Part shown: piece after piece, positions 1 through 10,775 of the stretch
Position numbering within the stretch: position 1 is the first letter of the stretch
How the letters are laid out: every line of letters begins with the position of its first letter
Assembly: GCA_943846625.1 (NCBI GenBank)
Contig: OX044362.1
Span: forward strand, 1,596,030 to 1,660,029
Length of the DNA stretch: 64,000 nucleotides
Origin: an uncultured Roseivirga sp.
Lineage (GTDB): Bacteria > Bacteroidota > Bacteroidia > Cytophagales > Cyclobacteriaceae
Reading direction: 5' to 3'
Made by a program: the position numbers and the translations under genes
The notes under the pieces: generated by a model
What the model saw: only the letters and a program-made list of their open reading frames with translations
Database searches by the model: none
Told to the model about the DNA's origin: nothing

Positions 1-461
1 ATCGTTTAGCTGAAGCTGTTGATGCTCCTATCTCTGATGTAGATGGAATGGTGATTGGTGGTCATAGCGATACAGGTATGATTCCTTTGACTAGACTAGC
101 TACTCGTAATAGTGTTCCCGTTTCCGAATTTGTAAGTGAGGAAAGACTTGACGAAGTAAAACAAGCAACCAAAGTAGGCGGTGCGACCCTAACTAAGTTA
201 TTGGGTACTTCTGCTTGGTATGCTCCAGGAGCTGCAGTTTCTGCAATGGTTCAAGCTATCGCCAATGATTCCAATAAGATGTTCCCTTGCTCATGTATGT
301 TAGAAGGTGACTATGGTTTAGAAGATATTTGTATTGGCGTGCCTGCTTTGATAGGAGCCAATGGTATTGAGTCTATAGTTGAGATTGAATTAACTGATGC
401 TGAAAAGCAAGATTTAATGACAAGTGCTGAAGCAGTAAGAAAAACTAACGGACTACTTTAA
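1..461 (+). CDS. mdh: Malate dehydrogenase, C-terminal part (5' end outside window)
   Basis: Frame is open from position 3 (RLAEAVDAPISDVDGMVIGGHSDTGM). GGH catalytic motif and SAWYAPGAA are typical of LDH-like MDH. Confidence 0.92.
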   Translation, partial: RLAEAVDAPISDVDGMVIGGHSDTGMIPLTRLATRNSVPVSEFVSEERLDEVKQATKVGGATLTKLLGTSAWYAPGAAVSAMVQAIANDSNKMFPCSCMLEGDYGLEDICIGVPALIGANGIESIVEIELTDAEKQDLMTSAEAVRKTNGLL

Positions 462-481
462 CATCAAAGTAGCTTAACAAT

Positions 482-519
482 AAAAAGCCCGATACTTATT
501 TTAAGTATCGGGCTTTTTT
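482..519. terminator. Bidirectional intrinsic terminator
   Basis: AAAAA-GCCCGATACTTA-ttt-TAAGTATCGGGC-TTTTTT between convergent genes. Confidence 0.9.
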
Positions 520-538
520 AATTCCTGTTAGGTGATTT

Positions 539-1081
539 TTAATTTGTGAAAATTACTTTTCCCTTTTTGTCGACAAGCTTATAATTCCTCTGGCTTAGGA
601 TGGAGATATTTTCACTTGTATCAAGTACTTTGTCATTGTCTCCTATAAATTGAATAACACAATCCGTCTTACTTTTTAATTTGTGTTTGCTTCCACTGGC
701 GACTTCAAGTTTTGTGACAATCTCTCCAGAATCATAAGCATTCAGTCCAACGTTAAATTTCACCTTGACATCCCCATTTTCATAAAACTCTTTAAAATTC
801 CCGAAAAGCTTGCTGAAGGTGTAGCTGCGTTCACTTTTAATAGTACCGTCAGCATAGAACTCTGTAGCTATACCATGAAGTCTTCCTTCTAAGACCCTAT
901 AACGAAACTTGAGGGTTTCGTTTTCATAGTAATCAACAATTTCACCTGTAACAAGGCAGTTATCGAATTTGTAAAGGCCATCTGTGAACTTTACTTCTGA
1001 GATTAAAATTTGGTCTGAATTTTCATTTTGAGGCACAAAAAAAGCGCAAATCAAAATCAGTTGTGTAAGTAATATCCTCAT
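539..1081 (-). CDS. Secreted MORN-variant repeat (YwqK-like) protein
   Basis: Signal peptide; repeats such as YYENETLK, FYADGTIK, FYENGDVK. Confidence 0.65.
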   Translation of the reverse strand: MRILLTQLILICAFFVPQNENSDQILISEVKFTDGLYKFDNCLVTGEIVDYYENETLKFRYRVLEGRLHGIATEFYADGTIKSERSYTFSKLFGNFKEFYENGDVKVKFNVGLNAYDSGEIVTKLEVASGSKHKLKSKTDCVIQFIGDNDKVLDTSENISILSQRNYKLVDKKGKVIFTN

Positions 1082-1396
1082 TGTCAGTCAATTCTGATTG
1101 ATTAAATTATCAATTAGCGTGCAGCAAAGTGATATTTTTTATCAAAAATCAGGTGTAAGTTTAGTGATGTAAAGTTTAGGTAAAACCGTCAGGTATACAA
1201 TACAAAGATAGAATAATTACATCTATTTAAAGGTCGCTTACCTGTGGTTTCCTCTTGTTGAGAACAGAAGGCCACAGAATAAAACTTAGAAGGCACAGAA
1301 TAGTTTGAATTATCAATTAAAAAGGGTGTAGAAATTGGTTTGAATACACAAGTCTGTAATTTTAAACGTTATCAAATTTTAGAATCTAGAATCGAG

Positions 1397-4006
1397 TTGA
1401 AGTTAAAAGGTCTTTTAGTTGTTTTGGTTGTTTTTGTAGGGCTAGGCTATTTCTTGTATCCAATGCTCAAGGGCTCGAATCAAACCGTTAATGGGATTAT
1501 TCCCGAAACAGCGTCAGTTGCTATTCAAGTCGTAAATCCCAAAGGCTCTTTAAGTGAACTTGAGTCCTTCTCCTGGTTTGATGCGTTTGATGACATTCCA
1601 TTACTCTCAACTTTGAAGACCCAATTGGAGAAAATGAACTCCCTTGAGAAGTCTCAAATTGTAAATTCAAAGATTTCTGAATTATCATTATGGATAAGTC
1701 TGCATACTACTGCTAGCGATGATTTAACGCCTCTTTATATTCTTAAAAGTGATGGTTTTGATTGGAATATCGCCAGTATTCAATCTATCATTGGAAAGCT
1801 AATAGGACAGGAGATATCACAGAAAACCCAAGTTTTCAACGGGAGAGATATTACTATTTTTTCTACGAACGAATTTCGGTTGTCGGTATTGATTGAAGGA
1901 CCCTTTATTGCCTTTTCAGAGAGTACAATTTTGGTTGAGGATGTTGTGCGTGCCATTCAAGATCCTTCGAGTAGATTGATGATGGATGACGAGAGTTTTG
2001 GTGAACTGAGTGACTTAAGTATTGTCATTAACACGTCAAGGCTTTCGGAATTACGCTCTGTGTTTTTTGAATCGGACAATCTTTTGATGCTAAGTGAGCC
2101 TATTAAAGACAATTTAATGATTAACCTGAACCTTAGAGATAGAAGCCTCTCATTTACCGGGTCAGGAAAAACAGCTCCGCTGGAAGCGAGGACTAAAGTC
2201 TCAGCTATTTTTGCCGCAGGTTTTGTGCCTATTTCTGCTAATTCCATTACATGGCAACCAGTAAGTTTTGGTTCCGAAGAATGGACTCAATTTTTAGTGG
2301 GAGATTTATGTACCATAGAAGTCGATAAAAATGGAGAGCTAACAAGTTCTGTTTTTGTCTTCTCTACAAAAGATACGAGTGATTTGTCTGGTTATTTGAC
2401 AGAATTAGCGGAGGAGAATTTGCAGGTGTCGGACTCAGCATTATACAGTGAGCGCTTTATCAATTCAGACCTTGGTTTTATAAATGACGATCAATTATTG
2501 AATGATCTTTTGTCAAACAGCTCTATTGAATTCAAGGCTCCATTTTTTACAATCATTCAAAACGTTCTAATAATTTCAGACGATCTCGATGCAATGAAAA
2601 CATTGCTAAATGATTTTGATAATGAAACCACGTGGGGCAGATCTGTTGAGCGAAGACCGCTAATCGATGAAATGATCCAAGAAACAAACCTGACCGTTGT
2701 TAAGGATTTTGAATTTGCCGCAGACCCTATAAAGAATAGCCTCAAACCCAAATGGAAGGCCTTATTTGATGAAAGGCCAGAGTTACTCTCGGTATTAGAT
2801 GTATTCAAGGTTCAAGTTAACCGAACGAACAAAACAGTTTTAGTGTCGGGTGACATGTCTTTTAATACCGTTTTTGACTCACCAATAGAATCGATTATCG
2901 TGTCAAATGAACTTGTCGTAAAAGCCAATGTTTTTGCAGATGCAGATTTGATAACAAAGCCCTTTGTCGTAAGGAATCACAATGATGCGAGTATGGAGAT
3001 TGCCTTTCAGGACACTGAGGGCCAAGTGTACTTGTCAAGTGATCAAGGAGAGGTGCTGTGGAAACGGCAGCTTGAAGGGCGGTTAAAGGGAGATATCCAT
3101 CAAGTGGATTTTTATAATAATAAGAAACTTCAATACCTTTTGTTTACGGACTCCTTGATGCATTTGATCGATAGAAATGGCAATGATGTTGATGGGTTTC
3201 CTGTTCAGTATAGCGCTACCCTTCCAGTGGATGGTTCCAATGTGATTGACTATGATAACAACAAGCGATATCGTTATCTAACGAAAGATCGTAGGGGTAA
3301 TTTATATCTATATGGCCAAGAGGGAGAGCTACTTGAGGGCTGGAATCCTAAGGTCGTTGGAGGAAGCTTACTTCAGACACCGTTTCATGTTCGGGTAAGA
3401 GGAAGGGATTGTTTTGTTGTCGTTGAGAAAACGGGGAAGATTCATTTATTGAATAGAAGGGGTGAAGAATACAACGGCTTTCCATTAAATATGGGTAAAA
3501 GTTTTGCTGGAGATGTGGCGTTCGTGAGAGGATCGAACTTTGAGCAAAGTTTGATTTCATTGAGCACTGCTGATGGAGAACTTATTCAAGTTGATTTGAA
3601 CGGAAGAGTAGTTTTAAGGAAGCAACTTCTTAGAGCTTCTGCGACTACTGAATTTAGCCTAGTTGATGATGCATTGAAAACCACGTTTAGTGTGGTTCGA
3701 AATGATGGTAAAGCATTGACAATTTTTGATAGCAAGGGAACTGAGCGGTTTTTCGTTGATTTTCCAAACTCAAAATCAATCGTCATTAATCAATACAGTT
3801 TCAGAAATGGCAAGGAGATTTTTGCTGTTCGGGATTTAAAGCGCCAGGTTTTGAGGTTAATAGATCGTGAAGGCAAGTTCCTTACGGCCGATATTTCTGC
3901 CAGTTCGGATGCAAGCATACTTTTTTATCAGAATAGACTTGAATACGAAGTGTTTGTTAACTTCGCTAACCAGTTAAATATTTATGCTGTCAAATCACTT
4001 AAATAG
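1397..4006 (+). CDS. Large membrane-anchored hypothetical protein with a C-terminal beta-propeller-like (PQQ-like) region
   Basis: 888-aa ORF from 1340; likely TTG start at 1397 before an N-terminal TM helix; repeated LIDRNG..V.GFP / LLNRRGEEYNGFP blades. Confidence 0.6.
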   Translation: MKLKGLLVVLVVFVGLGYFLYPMLKGSNQTVNGIIPETASVAIQVVNPKGSLSELESFSWFDAFDDIPLLSTLKTQLEKMNSLEKSQIVNSKISELSLWISLHTTASDDLTPLYILKSDGFDWNIASIQSIIGKLIGQEISQKTQVFNGRDITIFSTNEFRLSVLIEGPFIAFSESTILVEDVVRAIQDPSSRLMMDDESFGELSDLSIVINTSRLSELRSVFFESDNLLMLSEPIKDNLMINLNLRDRSLSFTGSGKTAPLEARTKVSAIFAAGFVPISANSITWQPVSFGSEEWTQFLVGDLCTIEVDKNGELTSSVFVFSTKDTSDLSGYLTELAEENLQVSDSALYSERFINSDLGFINDDQLLNDLLSNSSIEFKAPFFTIIQNVLIISDDLDAMKTLLNDFDNETTWGRSVERRPLIDEMIQETNLTVVKDFEFAADPIKNSLKPKWKALFDERPELLSVLDVFKVQVNRTNKTVLVSGDMSFNTVFDSPIESIIVSNELVVKANVFADADLITKPFVVRNHNDASMEIAFQDTEGQVYLSSDQGEVLWKRQLEGRLKGDIHQVDFYNNKKLQYLLFTDSLMHLIDRNGNDVDGFPVQYSATLPVDGSNVIDYDNNKRYRYLTKDRRGNLYLYGQEGELLEGWNPKVVGGSLLQTPFHVRVRGRDCFVVVEKTGKIHLLNRRGEEYNGFPLNMGKSFAGDVAFVRGSNFEQSLISLSTADGELIQVDLNGRVVLRKQLLRASATTEFSLVDDALKTTFSVVRNDGKALTIFDSKGTERFFVDFPNSKSIVINQYSFRNGKEIFAVRDLKRQVLRLIDREGKFLTADISASSDASILFYQNRLEYEVFVNFANQLNIYAVKSLK

Positions 4007-4007
4007 A

Positions 4008-5615
4008 ATGCGATTCACGCTCTTACTGCTTTTTGCAATAGGCACATTGTCACTCTATGGTCAAGAATCAGAGTTGCCAACTCGTTTCAATAGTCCTTAC
4101 GAAGCGATATACAATCATTTGCAGTACTTACAAGAAGAATCACATAACCCAAAACAAGCAGCAAAGTCTTTGTTTAGAGGGAAAAGGACACCAGTACAGT
4201 TAAAGGCACTGGCGATTGAGTTGAAACAAATTCTTGATGGTTCCGGTAATTTCATTCGGCTTGAAGAAGTACCTACAAATCGTGATTATACAGACAGTAC
4301 TACTAATAAGAATAGATACATCCTTGTAGATGAATTCAAGGATATTTATGTTCAGAAGTATGGTGATCACTGGCTCTTTTCTGAAAGGACTGTTTCAGAG
4401 ATAGATCATATTCATAAGCAGGTCTATCCATATGGTACAGATAAGCTACTTAATTTACTTCCAAAGCTTGGGAATAATAGGTACCTCGGTTTATACTTAT
4501 GGCAGTATTTAGGCATTCTTATCCTCGTCACCCTAGGGTTTCTAGTCAACTTAGTACTTAAGTATTTTATACGGACCATCCTTGTCAATTTCATGCATCG
4601 CTATGGCAAAGTTTCCTTAGCAAGAGATGTACTGATTCCTGCCGCCAAGCCTTTTAGTTTAATGATAGTGGCAGAGATATCAAAGATTCTAATTCCTACA
4701 CTACAACTTCCGGTATACATAACTAGCGCACTGATCCTAATCGCTAGCGCACTCGTGCCTCTGTTTGCTACTATCTTCTTTTATAAGCTGGTTGATGTTT
4801 TGGGAATGTATTTTGAGAAGGTCGCTGGAAGAACAACAAATACACTAGATGATCAGTTGGCGCCTTTGGTCAGAAAAATATTGAGAGTCTTTGTAGTTCT
4901 GGTCGGTATTATTGTCATCCTAAATAGTGTCAAGGTTGATATTTGGCCGCTCTTGACTGGTCTTTCGATTGGTGGTTTGGCATTTGCATTGGCGGCACAA
5001 GATACGCTGAAGAATTTCTTCGGGTCGGTAATGATTTTTGTTGATCGACCATTCCAAATAGGTGACTGGGTTACCTCAGGTGAAATTGACGGGACAGTGG
5101 AAGAGGTAGGGTTTCGATCGACCAGAATCAGGACTTTCCGAGATTCAGTGATGTACGTTCCTAATAGCCTCATTTCAAATAGCATGGTAGACAATCATGG
5201 TCTTCGGAAGTACAGGAGGTTTTTCACCAAACTATCCATTACTTATGACTCACCGGCTAAACTGGTTAAGGTCTTTGTCAAAGGGATAGAGCAGATTGTG
5301 ATGGAGCATCCGCAGACGAGAAAAGACTATCATAATATTTTTCTAAATGATTATGCGGCTAGCTCACTCGATGTGATGCTCTATATTTTCTTCGAAGTTC
5401 CTGATTGGAATGCTGAATTAAGGTGTCGCCAAGAGATAATGCTAGAAGTCAATAGTCTTGCTGAACATTTGGGTGTACGTTTTGCGTTCCCAACCCAAAC
5501 TCTAATGATCGAGCAAACACCAGGTCAACTCTCTTTAACTCCTAATTACCATCAAACAGAGGAAGAAATGAATAAGGAGTTAACGGCATATTTTAACAAA
5601 CCAAACAAAAAGTAA
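4008..5615 (+). CDS. mscS: MscS-family mechanosensitive channel with N-terminal periplasmic domain
   Basis: GLSIGGLAFALAAQDTLKNFFGSVMIFVDRPFQIGDW, GTVEEVGFRSTRIRT; ATG at 4008 right after the upstream stop. Confidence 0.9.
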   Translation: MRFTLLLLFAIGTLSLYGQESELPTRFNSPYEAIYNHLQYLQEESHNPKQAAKSLFRGKRTPVQLKALAIELKQILDGSGNFIRLEEVPTNRDYTDSTTNKNRYILVDEFKDIYVQKYGDHWLFSERTVSEIDHIHKQVYPYGTDKLLNLLPKLGNNRYLGLYLWQYLGILILVTLGFLVNLVLKYFIRTILVNFMHRYGKVSLARDVLIPAAKPFSLMIVAEISKILIPTLQLPVYITSALILIASALVPLFATIFFYKLVDVLGMYFEKVAGRTTNTLDDQLAPLVRKILRVFVVLVGIIVILNSVKVDIWPLLTGLSIGGLAFALAAQDTLKNFFGSVMIFVDRPFQIGDWVTSGEIDGTVEEVGFRSTRIRTFRDSVMYVPNSLISNSMVDNHGLRKYRRFFTKLSITYDSPAKLVKVFVKGIEQIVMEHPQTRKDYHNIFLNDYAASSLDVMLYIFFEVPDWNAELRCRQEIMLEVNSLAEHLGVRFAFPTQTLMIEQTPGQLSLTPNYHQTEEEMNKELTAYFNKPNKK

Positions 5616-5621
5616 GCAATC

Positions 5622-6761
5622 ATGCATTTTGATACTAAAGCGGTGCACGCAGGCGTAGAGCCAGATCCATCAACAGGTGCTATCATGACACCTATTTATC
5701 AGACTTCTACCTATGTTCAGAAGTCTCCAGGAGATCACAAGGGATTTCAGTACTCTAGAATACAGAACCCAACTAGACTTGCATTACAGCATAGTATTGC
5801 GGCATTAGAAAATGCTAATCATGGTTTAGTATTCGGTTCAGGTCTTGCAGCAATAGATGCTGTGGTAAAGCTATTGAAACCAGGTGATGAGGTGATCAGC
5901 GGAAACAATGTATATGGAGGTACTTATAGAATCTTTACCAAGATATTTGAAGGCTTCGGTATCAAGTTTCATTTCGTCAATATGGACAATGCTGCTGAAA
6001 TAGAGCAGTATGTTAATGACAATACTAAGTTGATCTGGTTAGAAACACCAACTAATCCTATGATGAGTATCGTAGACATTAAGGCTGTTTCGGTAATAGC
6101 GAAAAAGCACAATGTATTGCTTGGCGTTGATAACACATTCGCAACGCCAGTACTACAAAATCCAATGGATTTAGGTGCTGACATCGTAATGCATTCTGTT
6201 ACAAAGTACTTGGGAGGGCATTCAGATGTATTAATGGGTGCTTTAGTCGTGAATGATGATGATCTAAATGATCGACTGGCTTTCATTCAGAATACATGTG
6301 GAGCTGTCCCGGGACCACAGGATTGTTTCCTTGTATTAAGAGGAATTAAAACACTTCATTTAAGAATGGAGAGGCACTGTCAGAATGGAGAGAAGGTCGC
6401 TCGATATTTAGCAGCACATCCTCAAATCGATAAAGTATACTGGCCTGGTTTTGAATCTCATCCAAATCATCAGGTTGCTAAAGAGCAGATGAAGGGCTTT
6501 GGTGGAATGATTTCCTTTACTTTTCATGAGGATGATATCCAACATTCTTTTAGAGTAATGGAGAAGTTCAAGCTATTTGCAATAGCAGAGTCACTTGGAG
6601 GAGTAGAATCTATGTCGAATCACCCCGTGACCATGACGCACGGTGCCGTTCCAAAAGAGGAAAGAATGAAAGTTGGACTGCTAGATTCTCTAATTCGACT
6701 CAGCGTAGGCATAGAAAATATTGAAGATTTAATTGCTGACCTTAAACAAGCAATTGGGTAG
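5622..6761 (+). CDS. Cystathionine gamma-synthase/gamma-lyase family PLP enzyme
   Basis: YSRIQNPT, ETPTNP, DNTFATP, HSVTKYLGGHSD (PLP lysine), SLGGVES, IRLSVGIE. Confidence 0.93.
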   Translation: MHFDTKAVHAGVEPDPSTGAIMTPIYQTSTYVQKSPGDHKGFQYSRIQNPTRLALQHSIAALENANHGLVFGSGLAAIDAVVKLLKPGDEVISGNNVYGGTYRIFTKIFEGFGIKFHFVNMDNAAEIEQYVNDNTKLIWLETPTNPMMSIVDIKAVSVIAKKHNVLLGVDNTFATPVLQNPMDLGADIVMHSVTKYLGGHSDVLMGALVVNDDDLNDRLAFIQNTCGAVPGPQDCFLVLRGIKTLHLRMERHCQNGEKVARYLAAHPQIDKVYWPGFESHPNHQVAKEQMKGFGGMISFTFHEDDIQHSFRVMEKFKLFAIAESLGGVESMSNHPVTMTHGAVPKEERMKVGLLDSLIRLSVGIENIEDLIADLKQAIG

Positions 6762-6784
6762 ACCAAAGAATATTCTGAAATATG

Positions 6785-6808
6785 AGCCCGCCACAAGCGG
6801 GCTTTTTC
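6785..6808 (+). terminator. Intrinsic terminator
   Basis: AGCCCGC-cacaa-GCGGGCT-TTTTC. Confidence 0.85.
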
Positions 6809-7006
6809 GTGCTTGATAATTCAGTCTCTATATTCTACGGTTCATCCGTGGATTTGACCGATTGGGAAAATATTATTCTTTTTTTTCGATAAAAATTAAA
6901 CTTTTCATGACCTTTGTCGTCTTAATGAGTGTAACACAAAGAATAATATTTGGTTATACAATTTAATAACCTAGACAAATAGTAACACATTCGGAGCAAC
7001 ACGGTC

Positions 7007-7372
7007 ATGAAAAGAAAGTTAAACACAAAGAGAACAATGTCAGCGATAGTCGCATTGGCATTGGCTGCAGCAGTAACACTAACTGCAGGTATCGAATCAT
7101 ATGGGATTTCTAAGAACGAAGGTCTTGTAATGTACGATGCGCAGAATTCATTGGAGAGAGCATACAATGAAATTACGATGGATGAATTCGACTTCGAAGT
7201 AGAAGAAGAATCAACTGAAGTAATCAAGATATATGACCAAGAAGATAATCTAATCGACTCGATCGTATTGACGGAAAATGAGGTAATTGAAGACTTAGAG
7301 ACTAAAAAGTTATTGAATCAGGCTGAGTTTTTGACATCATACAATAACACAAAGCTTTACAGAATTAACTAA
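7007..7372 (+). CDS. Small acidic secreted or membrane-anchored hypothetical protein
   Basis: Basic N-terminus, hydrophobic helix, very D/E-rich body; monocistronic with its own terminator. Confidence 0.75.
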   Translation: MKRKLNTKRTMSAIVALALAAAVTLTAGIESYGISKNEGLVMYDAQNSLERAYNEITMDEFDFEVEEESTEVIKIYDQEDNLIDSIVLTENEVIEDLETKKLLNQAEFLTSYNNTKLYRIN

Positions 7373-7401
7373 GGAACACAAATCATAAAATTTTTTTTAG
7401 T

Positions 7402-7436
7402 AAGAGTCGATCCATTTTTGGGTCGACTCTTTTTTT
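7402..7436 (+). terminator. Intrinsic terminator
   Basis: AAGAGTCGATCC-atttt-TGGGTCGACTCTT followed by a T run. Confidence 0.85.
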
Positions 7437-7541
7437 GTCCATTCGTGTAAAACCAAGTCTAGCCCTTCTCAAAGTGGGCGTTTGTTCATAACTTTTAGAA
7501 CATTAACCTAGAGTACATTTACCTTAATCAAACTGTTAATT

Positions 7542-10500
7542 ATGATAGCGAAAAGATTCTCAACGAAAGGTGTTTTGGTTGTGGCCTGTTTGCTTCTCTT
7601 TTTCTTTGTTTATGATGCTGAAGCACAACGAAGAAACCGTAGAGGAAACACAGCTAGCCAGACAAATACGACTGATCCGAAAGCGGAGATTTATAAAGGC
7701 ATAGAGTGGCGTTCAATCGGCCCTTACAGAGGTGGTCGTGCCTCATCAGTAACTGGTGTTGCTGGTAAGCCAAATATTTTTTATATGGGCGCCACTGGTG
7801 GTGGTGTTTGGAAGACCGATAATGGAGGAACCACATGGAAGAATATTTCTGATGGTTATTTCGGAGGTTCAATAGGAGCGGTAGCTGTTAGCGACTCTGA
7901 CAACGATGTGGTTTATGTCGGTCAAGGGGAAGAAACAGTGAGAGGTAACGTATCCTCAGGTTTTGAGGGAATCTGGAAGACAACAGACGGTGGGGAAACC
8001 TGGATGAATATGGGCTTAAAAGATGCGATGCATGTTGGTCGTATTAAGATCCACCCTGAAAACTCTGATGTTGCTTGGGTAGCCGTAATGGGAGATCTTT
8101 TTAAATCGAGTGAAACCCGAGGCGTTTACAAGACGACTGACGGTGGTAAGAACTGGAGACGGGTATTATTCGCTAATGCCGATGCAGGAGCAGTAGACTT
8201 ATCCTTTGACCCCAACAACCCTGACTTCATGATGGCAAGTACTTGGAGAGTTCGTAGAACTCCTTATAGCTTGACTTCTGGTGGTGAAGGGTCTGGTATC
8301 TGGAGATCAAAAGATGGCGGAGAGAACTGGGAAAACATGATGGATAAACCAGGTATGCCAAACGGACCGTTCGGTATCAGTGGGGTAGCTATCTCGCCAG
8401 TTAACCCAGATGTTATCTATTCTATTCTGGAAGCCAATAAAGGTGGAGTGTATAAGTCTACAGATGGTGGAGACACTTGGAGAAACACTAATTCTGAAAG
8501 AGGATTGAGACAGCGTGCTTGGTATTACTCAAGAATTTATGCTGATACTCAAGATGAAAATAAGGTCTATGTGATGAATGTAGGCTATCATACATCGACT
8601 GATGGTGGTAGAACATTTGATAGAAGAAATGCACCTCATGGTGATCACCATGATTTGTGGATTGCGCCTGAAGATAACATGAGGCTAGTCATTGCCGATG
8701 ATGGCGGTGCACAAGTATCTTATGATGGTGGTGATAGTTGGTCGACTGACAACAATCAGCCTACAGCTCAATTCTATAGAGTAACTACGGACAATGCTTT
8801 CCCATATAGAATCTATGGTGCACAGCAAGATAACTCAACAGTGAGAATTGCACACCGTTCTTTCGGAGGATCGATCTCTGATAGCGATTGGGAATCAACA
8901 GCAGGAGGAGAGAGTGCTCATATTGCACCTAATCCTGATAATCCAGACATCGTTTATGGTGGTAGTTATGGTGGATTTTTGACACGTGTAGATCACGCTA
9001 AAGGAATCAATCGAAATATTAATGCTTGGCCAGATAATCCAATGGGTCATGGTGCGGAAGATTACAAATACAGGTTCCAGTGGAATTTCCCTATTTTCTT
9101 CTCACCACACAGTTCCAAGAAGTTATATACAGCTTCTAACCATCTACACGTAACGTACAATGAAGGTCAGTCTTGGGAATTGATAAGCCCTGATCTTACT
9201 AGAGCTGAGCCAGACAAACTAGGTAAATCGGGTGGTCCGATTACGTATGATGATACATCGGTTGAATATTATGCAACTGTATTTGCTGCAACAGAGTCTC
9301 CTTACGAGAAAGATTTGATTTGGGCTGGTTCTGATGACGGGTTAATTCACGTAACGAGAGATGGTGGTAAAAACTGGGAGAATGTAACATCTCCTGATTT
9401 CCCTAAGTACCTAATGATCAATAGTATTGATGCAGATCCGTTTGTAAAAGGTGGCGCATACATTGCCGGTACTCAGTACAAATTGGGTGATTATGAGCCA
9501 TACCTTTACAAGACAAAGGATTATGGTAAGACATGGACAAAAATCACGGCTGGTATTCCAAACGACTATTTCACAAGAGTAGTAAGAGCTGATCAGAAGA
9601 AAGCTGGATTACTTTACGCGGGTACTGAAAGAGGAATGTTCGTTTCATTTGATGATGGTGCTTCTTGGAAGCCTTTCCAAATGAACTTACCAATCGTTCC
9701 GGTTACTGACCTAGCGATTAAAGATGATAACTTAATTGCAGCTACTCAAGGTAGAGCATTTTGGATGATTGATGATTTGACCATTCTTCACCAATTGTCT
9801 GATGAAGTCTCTGCAAAGAACTTCCATATGTTTAAGCCAATGGATGCTTATCGTCTAGGAGGCGGTGGCGGCCGTGGTGGTCGTGGTGGCGGTGGTGATG
9901 GAAATGCCTCCCTGACATCAGGTAAGAATAAGCCTGCTGGTCCAATGATTTACTATTACATGAAAGATGGAGTAGAAAAAGGAACCAAAGTAGCTATCGA
10001 GATCTATGATAAGAATGGTGACCTAGTGAAGTCTTTCACGCAGAAGCCTGAGAAAGGGATGAACACTTTCAATTGGAATATGCGTTATGATAATGCTGAA
10101 AGTTTTGAAGGTATTATCATGTGGGCAGCTTCTGTTAGAGGCCCTGGGCCAGCTGCGCCAACTGGTGAGTATACTGCCAAATTGATTGTAGGCGAGGAGT
10201 CTCAGGAAACTAAGTTTAAGTTGATTAAAGATCCGCGTTATCCTTCTACTGATGCTGATATTCAAGCACAGTTTGATTTCTTAATGAAAGTGCGTGACAA
10301 GGTTACTGAAACTCACCAAGCAATTAAGGATGTCCGAGCTGCTAGAGAGCAAATGGACGGTTTAATGGATAAAATCAAAGGTGATGACAAGTATGAAGAT
10401 GTTGTTGCGTCAGGTAAGGAGTTGATGAATAAGATGACAGAAGTGGAAGAAGCACTTTATCAGACTAAAAATAGATCAGGACAAGATCCATTGAACTTTC

Positions 10501-10724
10501 CTATTCGATTAAATAACAAACTGGCTGGACTTCTTGGGGTTGCCGGAGGAGGAGAGTGGAGGCCAACCGATCAGTCTGAAACTGTTAGAGTTGAGTTGAC
10601 AAAACAAATAGATGCTGAATTGGCTAAGTTGAAAGGACTAATGGAGAATGATCTACCAGCCTTCAACCAGTTGGTGAAGAACAAGTCTGTTGATGCAATT
10701 ATCCTTAAAGAGAGAAAGAAGTAA
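7542..10724 (+). CDS. BNR/Asp-box repeat, VPS10/sortilin-like beta-propeller protein (annotated elsewhere as glycosyl hydrolase)
   Basis: Signal peptide; many S/T-x-D-G-G-x-T/S-W Asp boxes; WRSIGPYRGGR N-terminus; coiled-coil C-terminus. Confidence 0.88.
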   Translation: MIAKRFSTKGVLVVACLLLFFFVYDAEAQRRNRRGNTASQTNTTDPKAEIYKGIEWRSIGPYRGGRASSVTGVAGKPNIFYMGATGGGVWKTDNGGTTWKNISDGYFGGSIGAVAVSDSDNDVVYVGQGEETVRGNVSSGFEGIWKTTDGGETWMNMGLKDAMHVGRIKIHPENSDVAWVAVMGDLFKSSETRGVYKTTDGGKNWRRVLFANADAGAVDLSFDPNNPDFMMASTWRVRRTPYSLTSGGEGSGIWRSKDGGENWENMMDKPGMPNGPFGISGVAISPVNPDVIYSILEANKGGVYKSTDGGDTWRNTNSERGLRQRAWYYSRIYADTQDENKVYVMNVGYHTSTDGGRTFDRRNAPHGDHHDLWIAPEDNMRLVIADDGGAQVSYDGGDSWSTDNNQPTAQFYRVTTDNAFPYRIYGAQQDNSTVRIAHRSFGGSISDSDWESTAGGESAHIAPNPDNPDIVYGGSYGGFLTRVDHAKGINRNINAWPDNPMGHGAEDYKYRFQWNFPIFFSPHSSKKLYTASNHLHVTYNEGQSWELISPDLTRAEPDKLGKSGGPITYDDTSVEYYATVFAATESPYEKDLIWAGSDDGLIHVTRDGGKNWENVTSPDFPKYLMINSIDADPFVKGGAYIAGTQYKLGDYEPYLYKTKDYGKTWTKITAGIPNDYFTRVVRADQKKAGLLYAGTERGMFVSFDDGASWKPFQMNLPIVPVTDLAIKDDNLIAATQGRAFWMIDDLTILHQLSDEVSAKNFHMFKPMDAYRLGGGGGRGGRGGGGDGNASLTSGKNKPAGPMIYYYMKDGVEKGTKVAIEIYDKNGDLVKSFTQKPEKGMNTFNWNMRYDNAESFEGIIMWAASVRGPGPAAPTGEYTAKLIVGEESQETKFKLIKDPRYPSTDADIQAQFDFLMKVRDKVTETHQAIKDVRAAREQMDGLMDKIKGDDKYEDVVASGKELMNKMTEVEEALYQTKNRSGQDPLNFPIRLNNKLAGLLGVAGGGEWRPTDQSETVRVELTKQIDAELAKLKGLMENDLPAFNQLVKNKSVDAIILKERKK

Positions 10725-10742
10725 AGCTTACAAATAATCAAG

Positions 10743-10775
10743 AAAAAGCCCCTCGAATATCGAGGGGCTTTTTTT
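10743..10775. terminator. Bidirectional intrinsic terminator
   Basis: AAAAA-GCCCCTCG-aatat-CGAGGGGC-TTTTTTT. Confidence 0.9.
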
